Source: Nitrospirota bacterium
GTDB taxonomy: Bacteria > Nitrospirota > UBA9217
Direction: 5' to 3'
Length of the DNA: 64,000 nt
Assembly (NCBI GenBank): GCA_963796285.1
Contig: CAWCKW010000012.1
Location: 1,728,001 to 1,792,000 of the forward strand
The position numbers were made by a program, and so were the translations under genes. Shown here piece by piece: positions 9,326 to 21,388 of the stretch. Every line of letters begins with the position of its first letter. Position 1 is the first letter of the stretch. The notes under the pieces were generated by a model. It ran no database searches, was not told where the DNA came from, and saw nothing but the letters and a program-made list of their open reading frames with translations.

Positions 9326-11504
9326 CTACATCAAATTCACCGGGTCCACGTCCACGATCACCTTGCACTTCCTGCCGTACTTCTCCTCCACCGCGTTCCG
9401 TCCCTCGATCGCAAGCGACCGGATCTTGTCCCGTTGCTGCGACAGCAGGAGCAGATGGAACCGGTACTGACCGCGCACCCGGGAGATCGGCGCCGGGGCG
9501 GGGCCGAGGAGCACCGTGTCCTTGCCGCGCATGAGACTGCGGATGCGGTTCTGCGCCGTCTTGGCCGCTTCTTCGGCAAGCGGCTTCCTGCGAGCTCTTG
9601 ATCTCGATCTTGATGATGCGTCCGATGGGCGGATAGCCGAGCTGCGTGCGGTAGGCGATCTCCTCGTTGTAGAATCCATCGTAATCGTGCGTCCTGCTGT
9701 GCAGGACCGAGTAGTGGTTCGGGTTCATGGTCTGGATGATCACCTCGCCGCCGAGCTCGCCCCTTCCCGCCCTGCCCGCGGCCTGCGTGAGCAGCTGAAA
9801 GGTCTTCTCGGCGGCCCGGAAGTCAGGAAGGTTCAGCCCCACGTCGGCATCCACCACGCCCACGAGCGTTACGGCCGGGAAATCGTGCCCCTTGGCGATC
9901 ATCTGCGTGCCGAGCAGGATGTCCACCTCCCGGCGGTCCACCTTGCTGGAGCAACGTTTCATAGGCCTGCCTGCCCTTGACCGAGTCGCTGTCCATCCGC
10001 AGGATGCGCGCTGTTGGAAAAAGCGACTGCAGTTCCTCTTCGATCTTCTGAGTGCCTGAGCCGAGCAGCTTCATCGTAAGGCCGGAACAGGACGGGCACT
10101 TGTCAGGCGGCCGGGTGAGAAAGCCGCAGTAGTGGCATTTCAGCGTTTGTCTCCGATTTATGAAAGGTGAGAGAAACGCTGCAACTCGGGCATTTGATGG
10201 CGATGCCGCAGTCGCCGCAGATCAGGACCGAGGAAAAACCGCGGCGATTTAAAAGCAGGAGCGACTGTTCGTTCCGCGCGAGCCGCTGGGTGATGTGCTC
10301 GATAAGCAGAGGCGAATAGAGCGAGGTCTTCGGCAGCGCCTTTACATCGATGACGGCAACCTCGGGCATGGGGCGATGGTCCACGCGGTCTGCCAGACGG
10401 AGATACTGGTACTTTCCCGATCTGGGCGTTGTAATAGCTTTCGAGGGACGGCGTGGCGGAGCCGAGCACGGCAACGGCATTCTGGAACTTCGCGCGCATG
10501 ATCGCGACGTCCCGCGCGTTGTACCGGAGACCCTCGTCCTGCTTGTACGAGTTCTCGTGCTCTTCGTCCACGATGATGAGCCCGATGTTCTCAAACGGCG
10601 CGAACACCGCGGACCGCGCGCCGATGGCCACGTCCACCTGCCCCGCCTGGATGCGGCGGTATTCGTCGGCCCGTTCGCGGTCCGTCAGCCCGCTGTGCAG
10701 CACGGCCACGCGGTCGCCGAATCGTCTCTTGAACCTGCCCAGGAGCTGCGGCGTGAGCGCGATCTCCGGCACCAGCACGATGGCCCCTTTTCCCGTGTTC
10801 GCGAGCCCGCTGATGGCGTGGAGATAGACCTCGGTCTTGCCGCTCCCCGTCACGCCATGCAGGAGAAATACGCCGAACGCCTTGCCGGCAACCGCTTCGT
10901 TGATACGACGCACGGCCTCGGACTGCGCGGGCATGAGCTGGGGCGGCATGCTCGGACTGAACTCACCGGTGTCCGGTCGCCCCTCCCGTTCCTTCTCGAT
11001 GATCGTCGCTATCTTTGCGTCGCACAGGGCCCTGATGGTGGCCGGAGCATAAGCCTTCAACTCCTCCATGCCCATCACCTGGCGGTCGCACAGAAGCAGC
11101 AGAAGCTCTCTCTGCTTCGGCCCGCGTACAGACCCCATATCGTGGTCTCCGCCAACGATCTGCAGGTATCTTTTCTTTTTCGGTTTTGCGCGCGACAGGG
11201 CCTTCGGCACGAGCGCCTCGATGGTCTGGCCTATGGGGTGCAGGTAGTAATCGGACATCCAGCCGGCAAGTGCCAGAAGCTCGGGCGTGAGCGGGTTATC
11301 GAGGATCTCGATCACGGACTTGAGGCCCGCGACCTCGGCCTGAGCGGGGAAACCAATGACCGTCCCCTCGATGCGCCTGCTTCCGAACGGCACGAGCACG
11401 CGCGATCCCGGGACAAGACGGTCCCTCATCTCCTCCGGCATGCGGTAGTGGAATGTTTTGTGAACTGCGATATTGACAGCTATATCGACGACAAGATCGG
11501 GCAT
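9326..11504 (-). CDS. priA: Primosomal protein N' (PriA), split by about three frameshifts
   Basis: GVTGSGKTEVY, DEEH, GSATPSLES, NRRGF, zinc knuckles, GTQMIAKGHDFP, QAAGRAGR and DVDP motifs across consecutive frames. Confidence 0.95.
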
Positions 11505-11591
11505 GGGGATGTGAATAAGTTATGAGTTCGGAGTGTGGAGTTCGGAGATTCAAGTATTCAAAACTCAAATGCATTACGGACCGGGTGGCTT

Positions 11592-12077
11592 TCAAGACGC
11601 GCCGTCCTTCAGTGTCTTGATTTCCTTGGTGCTCAGGATGTCCTTGAGCTCGGTCATGAACTCGTTGATGTCCTTGAAGGACCGGTAGACCGAGGCGAAC
11701 CGTACATACGCCACCTCATCCAGACGATGGAGGTGGTCCATCACTTCTTCGCCGATGACGGTGCTCGGGATCTCCTTGAGTCCCTTGTCCTGGAGGGACT
11801 TCTCGATGTCCGATACCGTGGTCTCGATTGCCTCGACGCCGACGGGCCTTTTTTCGCAGGCCTTCTTGAGCCCGTTCAGGATCTTCAGGCGGTCGAACGG
11901 CTCGCGCCGTCCGTCCTTCTTGATGACCAGAGGCAGCACTTCCTCGACGCGCTCGTACGTGGTGAACCTGCCCTCGCACTTGAGACACTCGCGCCTCCTG
12001 CGGATGGATTCGCCTTCCTTCCCCATCCGGGAGTCAACGACTTTATTTTCAAGGCTGGAACAGTAAGGACAACGCAT
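11592..12077 (-). CDS. nrdR: Transcriptional repressor NrdR
   Basis: [21 protein letters not shown] zinc ribbon, ATP cone, [10 protein letters not shown]. Confidence 0.97.
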   Translation of the reverse strand: MRCPYCSSLENKVVDSRMGKEGESIRRRRECLKCEGRFTTYERVEEVLPLVIKKDGRREPFDRLKILNGLKKACEKRPVGVEAIETTVSDIEKSLQDKGLKEIPSTVIGEEVMDHLHRLDEVAYVRFASVYRSFKDINEFMTELKDILSTKEIKTLKDGAS

Positions 12078-12189
12078 GGATTTAAATACCCATTGCAGAT
12101 GAGAAATTGGAAATTTTAAATATTAAATTGAAAGGCAACAGCCAGGCCCTTCATTTTCCAATTTTCAAATTCCAATCTCCAATTTTCAA

Positions 12190-12639
12190 TCAATTTTTCT
12201 TATACTGCGTTACCTTGAGGCCCGATTCGGCCAGCATCTCTTCTGCAAGTTTGTCCGGATACCCATCCCCGAAAATGATGTGCTTGACGCCGGCGTTGAT
12301 GATCATCTTGGCGCAGATGCCACAGGGCTGGTTCGTGCAGTAGAGCGTGGCTCCGTCGATGTTCGTCCCGTGCTTGGCAGCCTGGATGATCGCGTTCTGC
12401 TCTGCATGGAGGCCGCGGCAGATCTCGTGCCGCTCGCCCGAGGGGATGCCCATCTGCTCGCGCAGGCACCCGCGGTCCAGACAATGCTCGATGCCTGACG
12501 GTGTGCCGTTGTAGCCCGTGGCAAGGATGTTCTTATCCTTGACGAGCACGGCCCCGACCTGGCGGCGGAGGCAGGTCGCGCGCTTCTTCACCAGGTGCGC
12601 GATCTCCATAAAATATTCGTCCCACGAAGGACGGGTCAT
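12190..12639 (-). CDS. dCMP/cytidine deaminase family protein (ComEB-like)
   Basis: [20 protein letters not shown] and PCGIC motifs. Confidence 0.92.
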   Translation of the reverse strand: MTRPSWDEYFMEIAHLVKKRATCLRRQVGAVLVKDKNILATGYNGTPSGIEHCLDRGCLREQMGIPSGERHEICRGLHAEQNAIIQAAKHGTNIDGATLYCTNQPCGICAKMIINAGVKHIIFGDGYPDKLAEEMLAESGLKVTQYKKN

Positions 12640-12750
12640 GGCAAGCTCCAAATCATGAGGATCAACTTACAACCAAGCTGCAAACGACGAATTCAAGATC
12701 ACCCACGGTCCGAAATTGAAGTTTTGAATTTCGATATCGCAGGAGACGGG

Positions 12751-14016
12751 TCATTTGTTTTTTGAAATTTCTTCCATCCCCCATGCGAACAGCGGGAACC
12801 GGGCGCAGAACGCCTTTGTCCGCTCCTTGATCGCGGCCAGCTTTTCCGGGGAATGGCCGTTGGCGAGCGTCTCGCAGATAAGGTCGCCGATGATCTTCAT
12901 CTCCGGTTCGCGCATGCCGCGCGTGGTCACGATCGGCGTGCCGAGGCGAATGCCGCTCGTGGTCACCGGCGGCTTCTGGTCATAGGGGATGCTGTTCTTG
13001 TTGCACGTGATGCCGGCGGCATCGAGCGCCGTCTCGGCGTCCCTGCCCGTGATGTTCTTGGGCGTCAGGTCCACGAGCATGAGATGATTTTCCGTGGTGC
13101 CGGAGACGATGCGCAGGCCGTCCTCGGTAAGCCGCTGGGCAAGCGCCTTCGCGTTCTTCACGACCTGGCGCTGGTAGTCCTTGAACTCGGGCATGAGCGC
13201 TTCCTTGAAGGAAACGGCCTTGGCCGCGATCACGTGCACGAGCGGTCCGCCCTGGATGCCGGGGAAGATGGTCTTGTCCACGGCCTTGCCGAACTTCTCT
13301 TTACACATGATCATGCCGCCGCGCGGGCCGCGCAGGGTCTTGTGCGTTGTCGTCGTGACAAAGTCAGCGTAAGGCACCGGGCTCGGGTGCACGCCGGCGG
13401 CAATGAGCCCGGCGATGTGCGCGACGTCAGCCATAAGGTACGCGCCAACCTTGTCCGCGATCTTCCGGAACCGCGCGAAGTCGAGGACCCTTGAATAGGC
13501 GCTGTAACCGCAAACGATCATCTTTGGTTTGTGCTCCAGTGCCAGCCGCTCCACTTCGTCGTAATCGAGCAGCTCCGTTTTCTTGTCCACGCCATAGGAG
13601 AAGGACTTGTAGAGCGTTCCCGAAAAGCTCACGCTCGCCCCGTGGGTCAGGTGGCCGCCGTGCGGAAGCGCCATGCCGAGGATCGTGTCTCCGGGCTGAA
13701 GCACGCTGAAGTAGACCGCCATGTTCGCCGAAGAGCCGGAATGGGGCTGGACGTTCACGTGCTCCGCGCCGAAGAGCTGCTTTGCCCGCTCGATGGCCAG
13801 GGTCTCCACGACATCGGCATACTCGCACCCGCCGTAATAGCGCCGGTTCGGATATCCCTCTGCGTACTTGTTCGTGAACACCGATCCCTGCGCTTCGAGC
13901 ACCGCCTGGCTCACATAGTTTTCCGATGCAATGAGGACGATCTTGGAGAGCTCGCGCTCCTCCTCGCCTTTGATCGCGTTGTAGACCTCAGGATCCTGCA
14001 GTTTCAGTTCTGACAT
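12751..14016 (-). CDS. glyA: Serine hydroxymethyltransferase
   Basis: [21 protein letters not shown] and [13 protein letters not shown] motifs. Confidence 0.98.
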   Translation of the reverse strand: MSELKLQDPEVYNAIKGEEERELSKIVLIASENYVSQAVLEAQGSVFTNKYAEGYPNRRYYGGCEYADVVETLAIERAKQLFGAEHVNVQPHSGSSANMAVYFSVLQPGDTILGMALPHGGHLTHGASVSFSGTLYKSFSYGVDKKTELLDYDEVERLALEHKPKMIVCGYSAYSRVLDFARFRKIADKVGAYLMADVAHIAGLIAAGVHPSPVPYADFVTTTTHKTLRGPRGGMIMCKEKFGKAVDKTIFPGIQGGPLVHVIAAKAVSFKEALMPEFKDYQRQVVKNAKALAQRLTEDGLRIVSGTTENHLMLVDLTPKNITGRDAETALDAAGITCNKNSIPYDQKPPVTTSGIRLGTPIVTTRGMREPEMKIIGDLICETLANGHSPEKLAAIKERTKAFCARFPLFAWGMEEISKNK

Positions 14017-14169
14017 GATGCTTTCCTTTATCTTTTTCTATGATGACGCAGCAATAACAATAAATCCACCGCTGAGACACTGAGACGCAGAGGAGAACGT
14101 CACCAACATAAATATTTTTCTCCGTACCTCTGCGTACTTCGCGGTAAAAATGACATATTGCCGTGATTT

Positions 14170-14595
14170 CTATATCTTATTCAGCCGCAGCTGGTGCCTG
14201 CCGCCGGCGAATTCCGTTTCGAGCCATGTCTTCACGATCTCGAGCGCAACGCCTTTGCCGATCACGCGCTCGCCCATGACGAGGACATTCGCATCGTTGT
14301 GCTCCCGGCTCATCTGGGCCGTGAAATGGTCATGGCAGAGAGCGGCGCGCACTTTCGGGTACCGGTTGGCCACGATCGACATCCCGATGCCGGTACCGCA
14401 GATCAGGATGCCGCGGTCCGCCGTGCCGTTCGTCACTGCCTCGGAGACCTTCTTCCCGTAGTCCGGGTAGTCCACGGAATCCTTCGTTGCCGTGCCGAAA
14501 TCAGAGACCTCGATGTTCTTGAGCGTCTGGAGGTATTGAACGACCTCCTGTTTCAACTCCAGTCCGCCATGGTCCGAACCTATCGCCAGTTTCAC
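14170..14595 (-). CDS. rpiB: Ribose-5-phosphate isomerase B
   Basis: GSDHGG, DYPD, CGTGIG, HNDAN and GGRH motifs; GTG start. Confidence 0.96.
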   Translation of the reverse strand: MKLAIGSDHGGLELKQEVVQYLQTLKNIEVSDFGTATKDSVDYPDYGKKVSEAVTNGTADRGILICGTGIGMSIVANRYPKVRAALCHDHFTAQMSREHNDANVLVMGERVIGKGVALEIVKTWLETEFAGGRHQLRLNKI

Positions 14596-14749
14596 GTTAA
14601 AGCCCGCCCTTTCGTAGTCGCTGATATTAACATCCCGGCTGTTTTAGTGTCAAGGAAAATACCGGAACAAAAACGCATTGCGGTCTGTCGGCCGCAGAAT
14701 TTAATGACCATCAAGCACACCGAACGGTGCGGAGATCAGGGGCAAACCA

Positions 14750-15484
14750 TCATAGAAACTCATACCCAAGCATGCTCAGCACCGCCACAGCCGCGGTCTC
14801 GGTGCGTAGGATGTTGGGACCCAGGCTCACGAGATGGAAACCCCTTTCTTTTGCAGCCTCCGCTTCTTGCGCGGACAAGCCGCCTTCGGGTCCGATAAGA
14901 ACGATGATATTCTGTATCCCGTGCACCTGCCGGAGAACGTTCTTCATGGGCTCTGTCCCCTCTTCCCAGGGGAGAAGAAGCAGGGTTCGGGGTTCAGGTG
15001 ACAGTATCTGGAGATAATCAGAGAAAGATCGAATGTGACCGACCTGCGGGATATCCGGCCTGTTGCTCTGCATGGCGGCTTCCCGGGCGATTTTCTGCCA
15101 CCGCGAGACACGCTTTTCTTCATCCCTGATCTTCACGATGGTCCGTTCGGTCACGAGCGGGATTATTGCCGCAACGCCGAGTTCCGTGGATTTCTGCACG
15201 ATCCAGTCCATCTTGTCGGACTTGGGCAGTCCCTGGACGAGGCTGATGAGGGGATGGCGAATTTCCCGCTTTGATCTGCTCACGATCTCTGCCCTGATCT
15301 CAGCACGACCGACCTGCACGATCTTCGCCTGGTACTCGGTACCCGCGCCGTCGCACAGCAGCAACCCGTCACCCATCTTCATGCGAAGGACCGTCGCGAT
15401 ATGGCGCACGTCCTCGCCGGAGACGGTGATGAGCTGGTCAATGACCTGTTCGGGAGATATGAAAAATCGGGGGGGTCTGGGCAT
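14750..15484 (-). CDS. rsmE: 16S rRNA m3U1498 methyltransferase
   Basis: HIATVLR, QKSTELG, IGPEGG and LGPNILRTETA motifs. Confidence 0.95.
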   Translation of the reverse strand: MPRPPRFFISPEQVIDQLITVSGEDVRHIATVLRMKMGDGLLLCDGAGTEYQAKIVQVGRAEIRAEIVSRSKREIRHPLISLVQGLPKSDKMDWIVQKSTELGVAAIIPLVTERTIVKIRDEEKRVSRWQKIAREAAMQSNRPDIPQVGHIRSFSDYLQILSPEPRTLLLLPWEEGTEPMKNVLRQVHGIQNIIVLIGPEGGLSAQEAEAAKERGFHLVSLGPNILRTETAAVAVLSMLGYEFL

Positions 15485-15657
15485 TCTATCTTCCTCGCCA
15501 CGGATGGGCACGGATTAAGAGAGATAAGAGGGAACTTATATAATCAACTTCTTTCAGGAGAAATGGAGAAAGTGATGGGGAAATGGGGCTTAAGCCTCGG
15601 TTGTTTATTCTCACCCTTTCTCCACTTCCCCCTTTCACCTGAAGCCTTGCGCTGGTT

Positions 15658-17196
15658 TTAGGTTATCGGCTTAGGCGCCGCAGGCTTTCTCTCCCCGCCC
15701 CTTCTCCGCCTGCGCCGTTTTGGTCTCGCTTTTCGCTCCGCGCTTTTCTGTATTTGCTTTTCCTCGTCCGGCGCGAGCGGATAGGACTTGATGAATTCCT
15801 TCCACCAGGCGCGGATCTCTTTTTTCTCGCCCGTGGTCTCGCTCGTGAAACGAAAATACTCAAAGGCGTCGGCAAACCCGGGCCTCCGCAGGAAATAGCG
15901 GGGGTACTTCCCTTCGCGCTTCTCGAACCGCTGCTGGTTCCAGTATATATCGCGCATCGACAACCCGACCTTCTTGGGGATCTGCACCCGCTGCGCCTGT
16001 TCCTGCATGATCTCGGTCACTGCCCTCGTCATGGCATCGAGGGCAGGGACACCCTGTTTCATCAACGCAACGGCTGTTTCCTCGATATACTGTCCGGACA
16101 TCAGGCTGAACAGGATGTGCGGCGGCACCTTCCTGCCTGACTGCACGCAGGCGTCCACCCACTCGAGGGCCTTGCCGATCCAGATATGCGGAAAGCCCTC
16201 GGACTCCTTGTCCACCCAGGCGTTCAGACGCGGGAAGATCACACCGAAGAGCCCTGTCTTCCTGAGAAGCTGATAGGTCTTCTCGCCCTCGCCGAGCAAG
16301 AAGAGCTTGAGGACCTCTTCGTACATGCGGGACGGAGAGGCAAGCGCCACGTGGTCCTTCAGCTCCAGCATGGCACGGTAGGTTTTCTCTTCGATCTCGA
16401 ACCCGAGCAGGGCCGCGAACCGCACCGCCCGCACCATGCGCACCGGGTCCTCGGTGAACCGTACCTGGGGATCACCGATGATCCGGATAAGCCCGCGTTC
16501 GAGGTCCTGCATCCCTCCTACGTAGTCGATGACGGAGAAGTCCGCAATGTTGTAAAACAGCGCATTCACCGTGAAGTCGCGCCGGAGGGCGTCTTCCTCA
16601 GGGGTGCCGAAGACATTGTCCCTGAGGATCATGCCTCCCTCGGTCTTGAGCATGCGCGGCGGCTTGGGCCTGACAGGTGAGGGCGTCTGCGTCCCGGGAG
16701 TTGCAGACGCAGGATCTTCGACTCCAGGGGAAGGGGTGGTTTCCTGCACAGGCTGTTCCGTCGACACTGGCGATACTTGTTCGGCAACAGGGGCCGCTTC
16801 CCCTGCCTCCGGTTCATCGGACACCATGGACCGGAACGTCGCGACCTCGATGATCTCGTCATGAAAATGAATATGGGCGAGCCGGAACCTGCGACCGATG
16901 AGCCGGCAGTTGCGAAAGACCTTCTTGACCTCACCCGGCGTGGCGTCCGTGGCAATATCGAAGTCCTTGGGCTCGCGGCCGAGCAGCAGGTCGCGCACAC
17001 CGCCGCCTACAAGGTAGGAGAAGTACCCATGCTCTTTCAGCTTGTAGAGGACCCGCAGGGCGTTGTGGCTGATCCACTTGCGGGAGATGGCGTGCCTGGA
17101 GCGCGGAATGATCGTAGGTTTTATAGGGCTCACGGGGTTGTATAATAGCACACAGTGACCGGCAAGGTAAAGAGGGAATGCGAAAATTCGCTCCAT
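15658..17196 (-). CDS. pcnB: Poly(A) polymerase PcnB (start uncertain)
   Basis: LVGGGVRDLLLG..PKDFD, IGRRFRLAH signature, RRDFTVNAL, EDPVRM, Arg-rich C-terminal tail. Confidence 0.93.
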   Translation of the reverse strand: MERIFAFPLYLAGHCVLLYNPVSPIKPTIIPRSRHAISRKWISHNALRVLYKLKEHGYFSYLVGGGVRDLLLGREPKDFDIATDATPGEVKKVFRNCRLIGRRFRLAHIHFHDEIIEVATFRSMVSDEPEAGEAAPVAEQVSPVSTEQPVQETTPSPGVEDPASATPGTQTPSPVRPKPPRMLKTEGGMILRDNVFGTPEEDALRRDFTVNALFYNIADFSVIDYVGGMQDLERGLIRIIGDPQVRFTEDPVRMVRAVRFAALLGFEIEEKTYRAMLELKDHVALASPSRMYEEVLKLFLLGEGEKTYQLLRKTGLFGVIFPRLNAWVDKESEGFPHIWIGKALEWVDACVQSGRKVPPHILFSLMSGQYIEETAVALMKQGVPALDAMTRAVTEIMQEQAQRVQIPKKVGLSMRDIYWNQQRFEKREGKYPRYFLRRPGFADAFEYFRFTSETTGEKKEIRAWWKEFIKSYPLAPDEEKQIQKSAERKARPKRRRRRRGGERKPAAPKPIT

Positions 17197-17232
17197 TGTA
17201 ATGAACTTCCTCCTGTGCTATACTGTTCAACT

Positions 17233-17984
17233 ATGATGAATAATCTTAATGTTATGGGACTGCACTCCGCAGTCGCAGAAAAAATAACCCCGATGGTAGA
17301 AGAGATGATCAAGGAGCATGCATCTAACATCCATTCCTTCCACATCGTTGGCAGCGCAGTGATCCCGGATTATAACGAGAAACTTTCGAACATCAACTCC
17401 GTTGTCGTACTGCACGATATGGACTTGCAGTTCATCAGGTTCCTCGCGCCCCTTGGGAAAAAATACGGCAAAAAAAAGATCGCAGCGCCCCTGGTGATGA
17501 CCCCGGAGTACATCGACCGATCGCTGGACGCATTTCCCGATCGAGTTCCTCGACTTCAAGCGCCTCCATAAGACCGTATACGGGCAAGACCTCCTGAAGG
17601 ACCTGCAGATCACCACGCCAAACCTGCGGCTTCAGTGCGAGCGCGAGATCAAGACAAAACTCATCGGCCTTCGACAAGAATACCTCTCATCTCTCGGCAG
17701 GAAGAAACTCATTGCCGCTGTGCTGGTTCGGTCCTTCACCGGCTCCATGGCGCTCTTCCGGGCCATTATCACGCTCCTCGGCAAGGAACCGCCTGTCCCG
17801 CGCGCGGAGGTCATAACAATGCTGGGCTCCGCGACCGGGATCGATACCGAGATCTTCGAAAAACTGCTCATGCTCAAGGCGGAGCTGCTCAAGCCATCGG
17901 AGCAGGAACTTGCACTCCTTCTTCGAACGCTACTACAACGCGCTCGAGGCCACGGGAAAGATCATCGATGACCTCCATGTATAA
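17233..17984 (+). CDS. Nucleotidyltransferase-fold hypothetical protein of LemA/TPM loci (frameshifted)
   Basis: IVGSAV..DY...SNIN, then in shifted frames EFLDFK..HKTVYG.DLL and LRLQCEREIK. Its stop overlaps the TPM start. Confidence 0.65.
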
Positions 17985-18758
17985 AAGGCTCGTTATCGCT
18001 GTCGTTTTTCTTGCGATCGTCTGCGTTTCCGTTGCCAGTGCTTCTACGCCGCAGCCGCCCGATGTGCCCCGGGATTACGTGGTCGACCTGGCCGGCATCA
18101 TCCGGAGCGACTTGAAAGATGAACTCAACGCCTACTCTCCAGACACTTGAGCAGAAAACCACGGCCCAGGTGCTGGTGCTCACGGTCCAGACCCTCGACA
18201 ACCAGAGCATCGAGGAATTCGCCCTCAACACGAAGGAAAAATGGAAGCTCGGCCAGAAGGGCAAGGACAATGGGGTCCTGATCGTTGTCGCGCTGAAGGA
18301 CCGCAAGTACCGGATCGAGGTGGGCTACGGACTCGAAAGCGTATTGCCGGACAGCATGGTCGGTTCGATCGGTCGGGAATACTTCGTCCCCTATTTCAAA
18401 CAAGGCGATTACAGCACCGGGATCTATGCCGGCACGATCGCCGTGATCAGGGCGATCGCAACCCATGAAGGCGTAAGCATAACGAACGGGACCGGGGAGA
18501 CCCAGACCTCGGGGGGCATATCCTGGTAAACGCCTAAATACCTTCCAGATGATCGTGTTCGCTATATTTGGCATCATTGCTCTGGTCCTGTTCATCACCC
18601 ATCCAGGTCAATGCTTGCTCATCATTCTGGCCTCACAAATGGGAGGGGGCAGAGGCGGTTGGTCCGGAGGCGGGGGCGGTGGGTTTGGCGGAGGAGGAAG
18701 CTTCGGAGGCGGGGGCGGTGGCAGCGGAGGTGGAGGCGGCGCATCAGGAGGCTGGTAA
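17977..18758 (+). CDS. TPM domain (YgcG-like) protein with a Gly-rich tail (frameshifted)
   Basis: YVVDLAGII, WKLGQKGKDNGVLIVVA, RIEVGYGLE, C-terminal GGGGSGGGGASGGW. Confidence 0.9.
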
Positions 18759-18788
18759 ATTTCCACGCTAAAAAAGAGAATGAAAAAG

Positions 18789-18957
18789 AACCACAGAGGG
18801 CACCGAGGAATGAAAGAGAATAACAATCTCTGTGTTCTCTAGTTTTGGAATATCGCAAGACGGATACTAAGGAACCTGCAGAGGGCACAGAGAGGGAGAC
18901 CAGCAAAAAGTCTAAACCCATGGCGGATGCAAAGTTTTCTCTGCGTCCTCTGTGGTT
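18789..18957. repeat. 9-nt-period inverted-repeat element (CACAGAG.. / ..CTCTGTG)
   Basis: accacagagggcaccgag...ctctgtgttctct and gcagagggcacagag...ctctgcgtcctctgtggt. Confidence 0.7.
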
Positions 18958-18996
18958 AATTATTGACACTACGCTACATTATTACAGGAGGAAATC

Positions 18997-19584
18997 ATGA
19001 ACAGCGGATTAAAAACAGTACTGATCATTCTCGGAGTCATCGCGGTCTTTGCGATCGGGGCCGTCATGTACGGCGTCGGAGAATACAACAAGGTCGTGGC
19101 CATGGACGAGCAGGTCAAGTCACAGTGGGCGCAGGTTGACAATCAACTGAAGCGGCGCTACGACCTGATCCCGAACCTGGTCGAGACCGTCAAGGGTTAC
19201 GCAACGCATGAAAAAGAGCTGTTCGAGAACCTTGCCAATGCACGGACGAAATATTTCCAGTCAAACTCAGTGAAGGACAAGGTCCAGGCATCAAACCAGG
19301 TCGAAGGACTGCTCTCCCGACTGCTTGTTTTGCGCGAAACCTATCCGCAGCTCAAGGCGAATGAGAACTTCCTGAAACTGCAGGACAGTCTCGAGGGCAC
19401 GGAGAACCGCATCGCCGTTGAACGCATGCGGTACAATGACACGGTGAAGGTCCTCAATACGTACCGAAGAAGCGTGTTCGGAAAGTTCTTTGCTTCTCTG
19501 GCAGGCGTGAACGAGGCGCAGTATTACGAGACTCCCGCAGGCGGAGAAGGAAGCGCCGAAGGTAAAGTTTTAGTACGCAACTAA
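18997..19584 (+). CDS. lemA: LemA family protein
   Basis: N-terminal TM, RRYDLIPNLVETVKGYA, YPQLKA and ENRIAVER motifs. Confidence 0.95.
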   Translation: MNSGLKTVLIILGVIAVFAIGAVMYGVGEYNKVVAMDEQVKSQWAQVDNQLKRRYDLIPNLVETVKGYATHEKELFENLANARTKYFQSNSVKDKVQASNQVEGLLSRLLVLRETYPQLKANENFLKLQDSLEGTENRIAVERMRYNDTVKVLNTYRRSVFGKFFASLAGVNEAQYYETPAGGEGSAEGKVLVRN

Positions 19585-19644
19585 ATCACAGCACCAACAG
19601 ATAAAACCGGTCTCCCCCTGAGTCTGCTTCATGCAATCGACGAT

Positions 19645-21300
19645 TCAGGGGGATTTTTTTCCACCAACCGTATTCTCCGGTTCATACTTCACCCAGACAG
19701 AACCGGACACATCCTCGAACGCTGTCATGGCCGCGACGGAGCCGTGCGCGACCGCGACAACGATCTGCTTCGGCGCGCCGGTGATGTCGCCCGCGGCATA
19801 GACCAGGGGAATTGATGTGCGCATGGTCATCAGGTCGGTCTTGATGTATCCCTCATCGTCAAGCTCTAGTCCAAGCTGCTTTGCGATCTCGTTCTGCGGA
19901 ACATACCCGATGGCCACAAACACGCCGTCTGCGGGCATTTCCGTTATCTTGCCGGTCTTTTTGTCCTCGATCTTGATTGCTTTTACGATCTTATCACCGG
20001 AGATCTCCCTTACTTCACTCTCCCACAGAGCCGGGATGCCTGAACGCTTGAAACTCTCCTGCAGCTTTGCCTCGGCGCGCAGCGTATCTCTCCGGTGTAC
20101 CAGTATGACCTTTGCCCCCAGATTGTGAAGATACAGCGCGTCGGTAATGGCCGTATTGCCGCCTCCTACCACGATCACGTTTTTTCCGTCCTTGAAGAAA
20201 TACCCATCACACGTGGCGCAGTAGCTTACCCCCCTGCCGTAGAATTTCTGCGCTCCTGTTGCTCCGAGCGCCCGGTTGTCAACCCCGGTCGCGATCACCA
20301 GTCCTTTGGTGATATAGATGGCATGGTTCGTCTTGAGCTGGATCCTGCCGTCCTGCCGGTCCTTCGTGATCTCGGTTATATGTTCGCCGATGTGAAGCTC
20401 GCAATACTGGGCCGCCTGCTGCGCGATGAGATCAATGAGACTTCTCCCTCCGATGCGCATATAGCCGGGATAATTCTCCACCACCGGCGTGATCGTCACC
20501 TGTCCGCCGAGATTGTTTTTTTCGATCACCACGGAATTGAGCCCCGCCCGCACGGCGTATATCGCGGCCGTGAGCCCAGCGGGACCGCCGCCCACGATGA
20601 CAAGGTCCTTTTCCACCGGCTCCCCGGTGATCTGGGTGGATGCCACGAGCGGCTCTTTGAGGGTCAGAAGAGATTCCAGGAACAACGGCTCCGGCTGAAG
20701 TCCGGCGCCGGTGAAGGTAGTGTTCATGAATGTCTGCGGCACGGCAAGGGAGCCGAGGCTTTCCGCAAGGTCCTGGTTCTCGTAGATTTCGACGGCCTCT
20801 GCAGAGACAAGGTCGGGCCTGGCGATCGCTGCGGAGAATGCGGACAAGACCTGCTGCGGGCAATAAGGGCAGGTGGGGCTGACAAAAACCTGGATGTCCC
20901 GCTTTTCATGGAGCTGTTCAACGATCTTCTGGATCGACGGTCCGGACAGAAGCGGTTTGCCCGTGGAGGCCATCACAATGGCGGTGAGGAAAGAACGTCC
21001 CTCTTCCCCCAGGGGGGCGCCCGTATACCGAATGCGGTATGCATCCGGGGCGATGAGGACCGATGGTGAGCGAGTGACATTTCTCTTCACGGACTGCTCG
21101 TCGCCGATCGTATGAAATGACACCTTCAACTTCGCCGAGAGTTCGGCAAGCGTCTTGACCAGCGAGACCACGGCCTCGTTGTACTTGTCGTTTTTAGTAT
21201 CCTGGGTATAGACCTCGAGAACGACGTCTTCCTTGAGCGTCTCCAGAAACGTTTGCTTGATGGTCTGTTTGATATCTTCCGGGATTAGTTCCTGTGCCAT
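19645..21300 (-). CDS. trxB: Thioredoxin reductase with an N-terminal AhpF-like thioredoxin-fold domain
   Basis: N-terminal domain with CPYC, followed by GGGPAG, CATCD, GGGNTA and AAGD motifs. Confidence 0.9.
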   Translation of the reverse strand: MAQELIPEDIKQTIKQTFLETLKEDVVLEVYTQDTKNDKYNEAVVSLVKTLAELSAKLKVSFHTIGDEQSVKRNVTRSPSVLIAPDAYRIRYTGAPLGEEGRSFLTAIVMASTGKPLLSGPSIQKIVEQLHEKRDIQVFVSPTCPYCPQQVLSAFSAAIARPDLVSAEAVEIYENQDLAESLGSLAVPQTFMNTTFTGAGLQPEPLFLESLLTLKEPLVASTQITGEPVEKDLVIVGGGPAGLTAAIYAVRAGLNSVVIEKNNLGGQVTITPVVENYPGYMRIGGRSLIDLIAQQAAQYCELHIGEHITEITKDRQDGRIQLKTNHAIYITKGLVIATGVDNRALGATGAQKFYGRGVSYCATCDGYFFKDGKNVIVVGGGNTAITDALYLHNLGAKVILVHRRDTLRAEAKLQESFKRSGIPALWESEVREISGDKIVKAIKIEDKKTGKITEMPADGVFVAIGYVPQNEIAKQLGLELDDEGYIKTDLMTMRTSIPLVYAAGDITGAPKQIVVAVAHGSVAAMTAFEDVSGSVWVKYEPENTVGGKKSP

Positions 21301-21388
21301 AGCATCCTCGTGAAGCGTTGTCAGGAGTCAGTGCTCGGGAGCCGGAACATATCTTTCATATCCGACTCCCAGCTCACGGCTCCTCTGC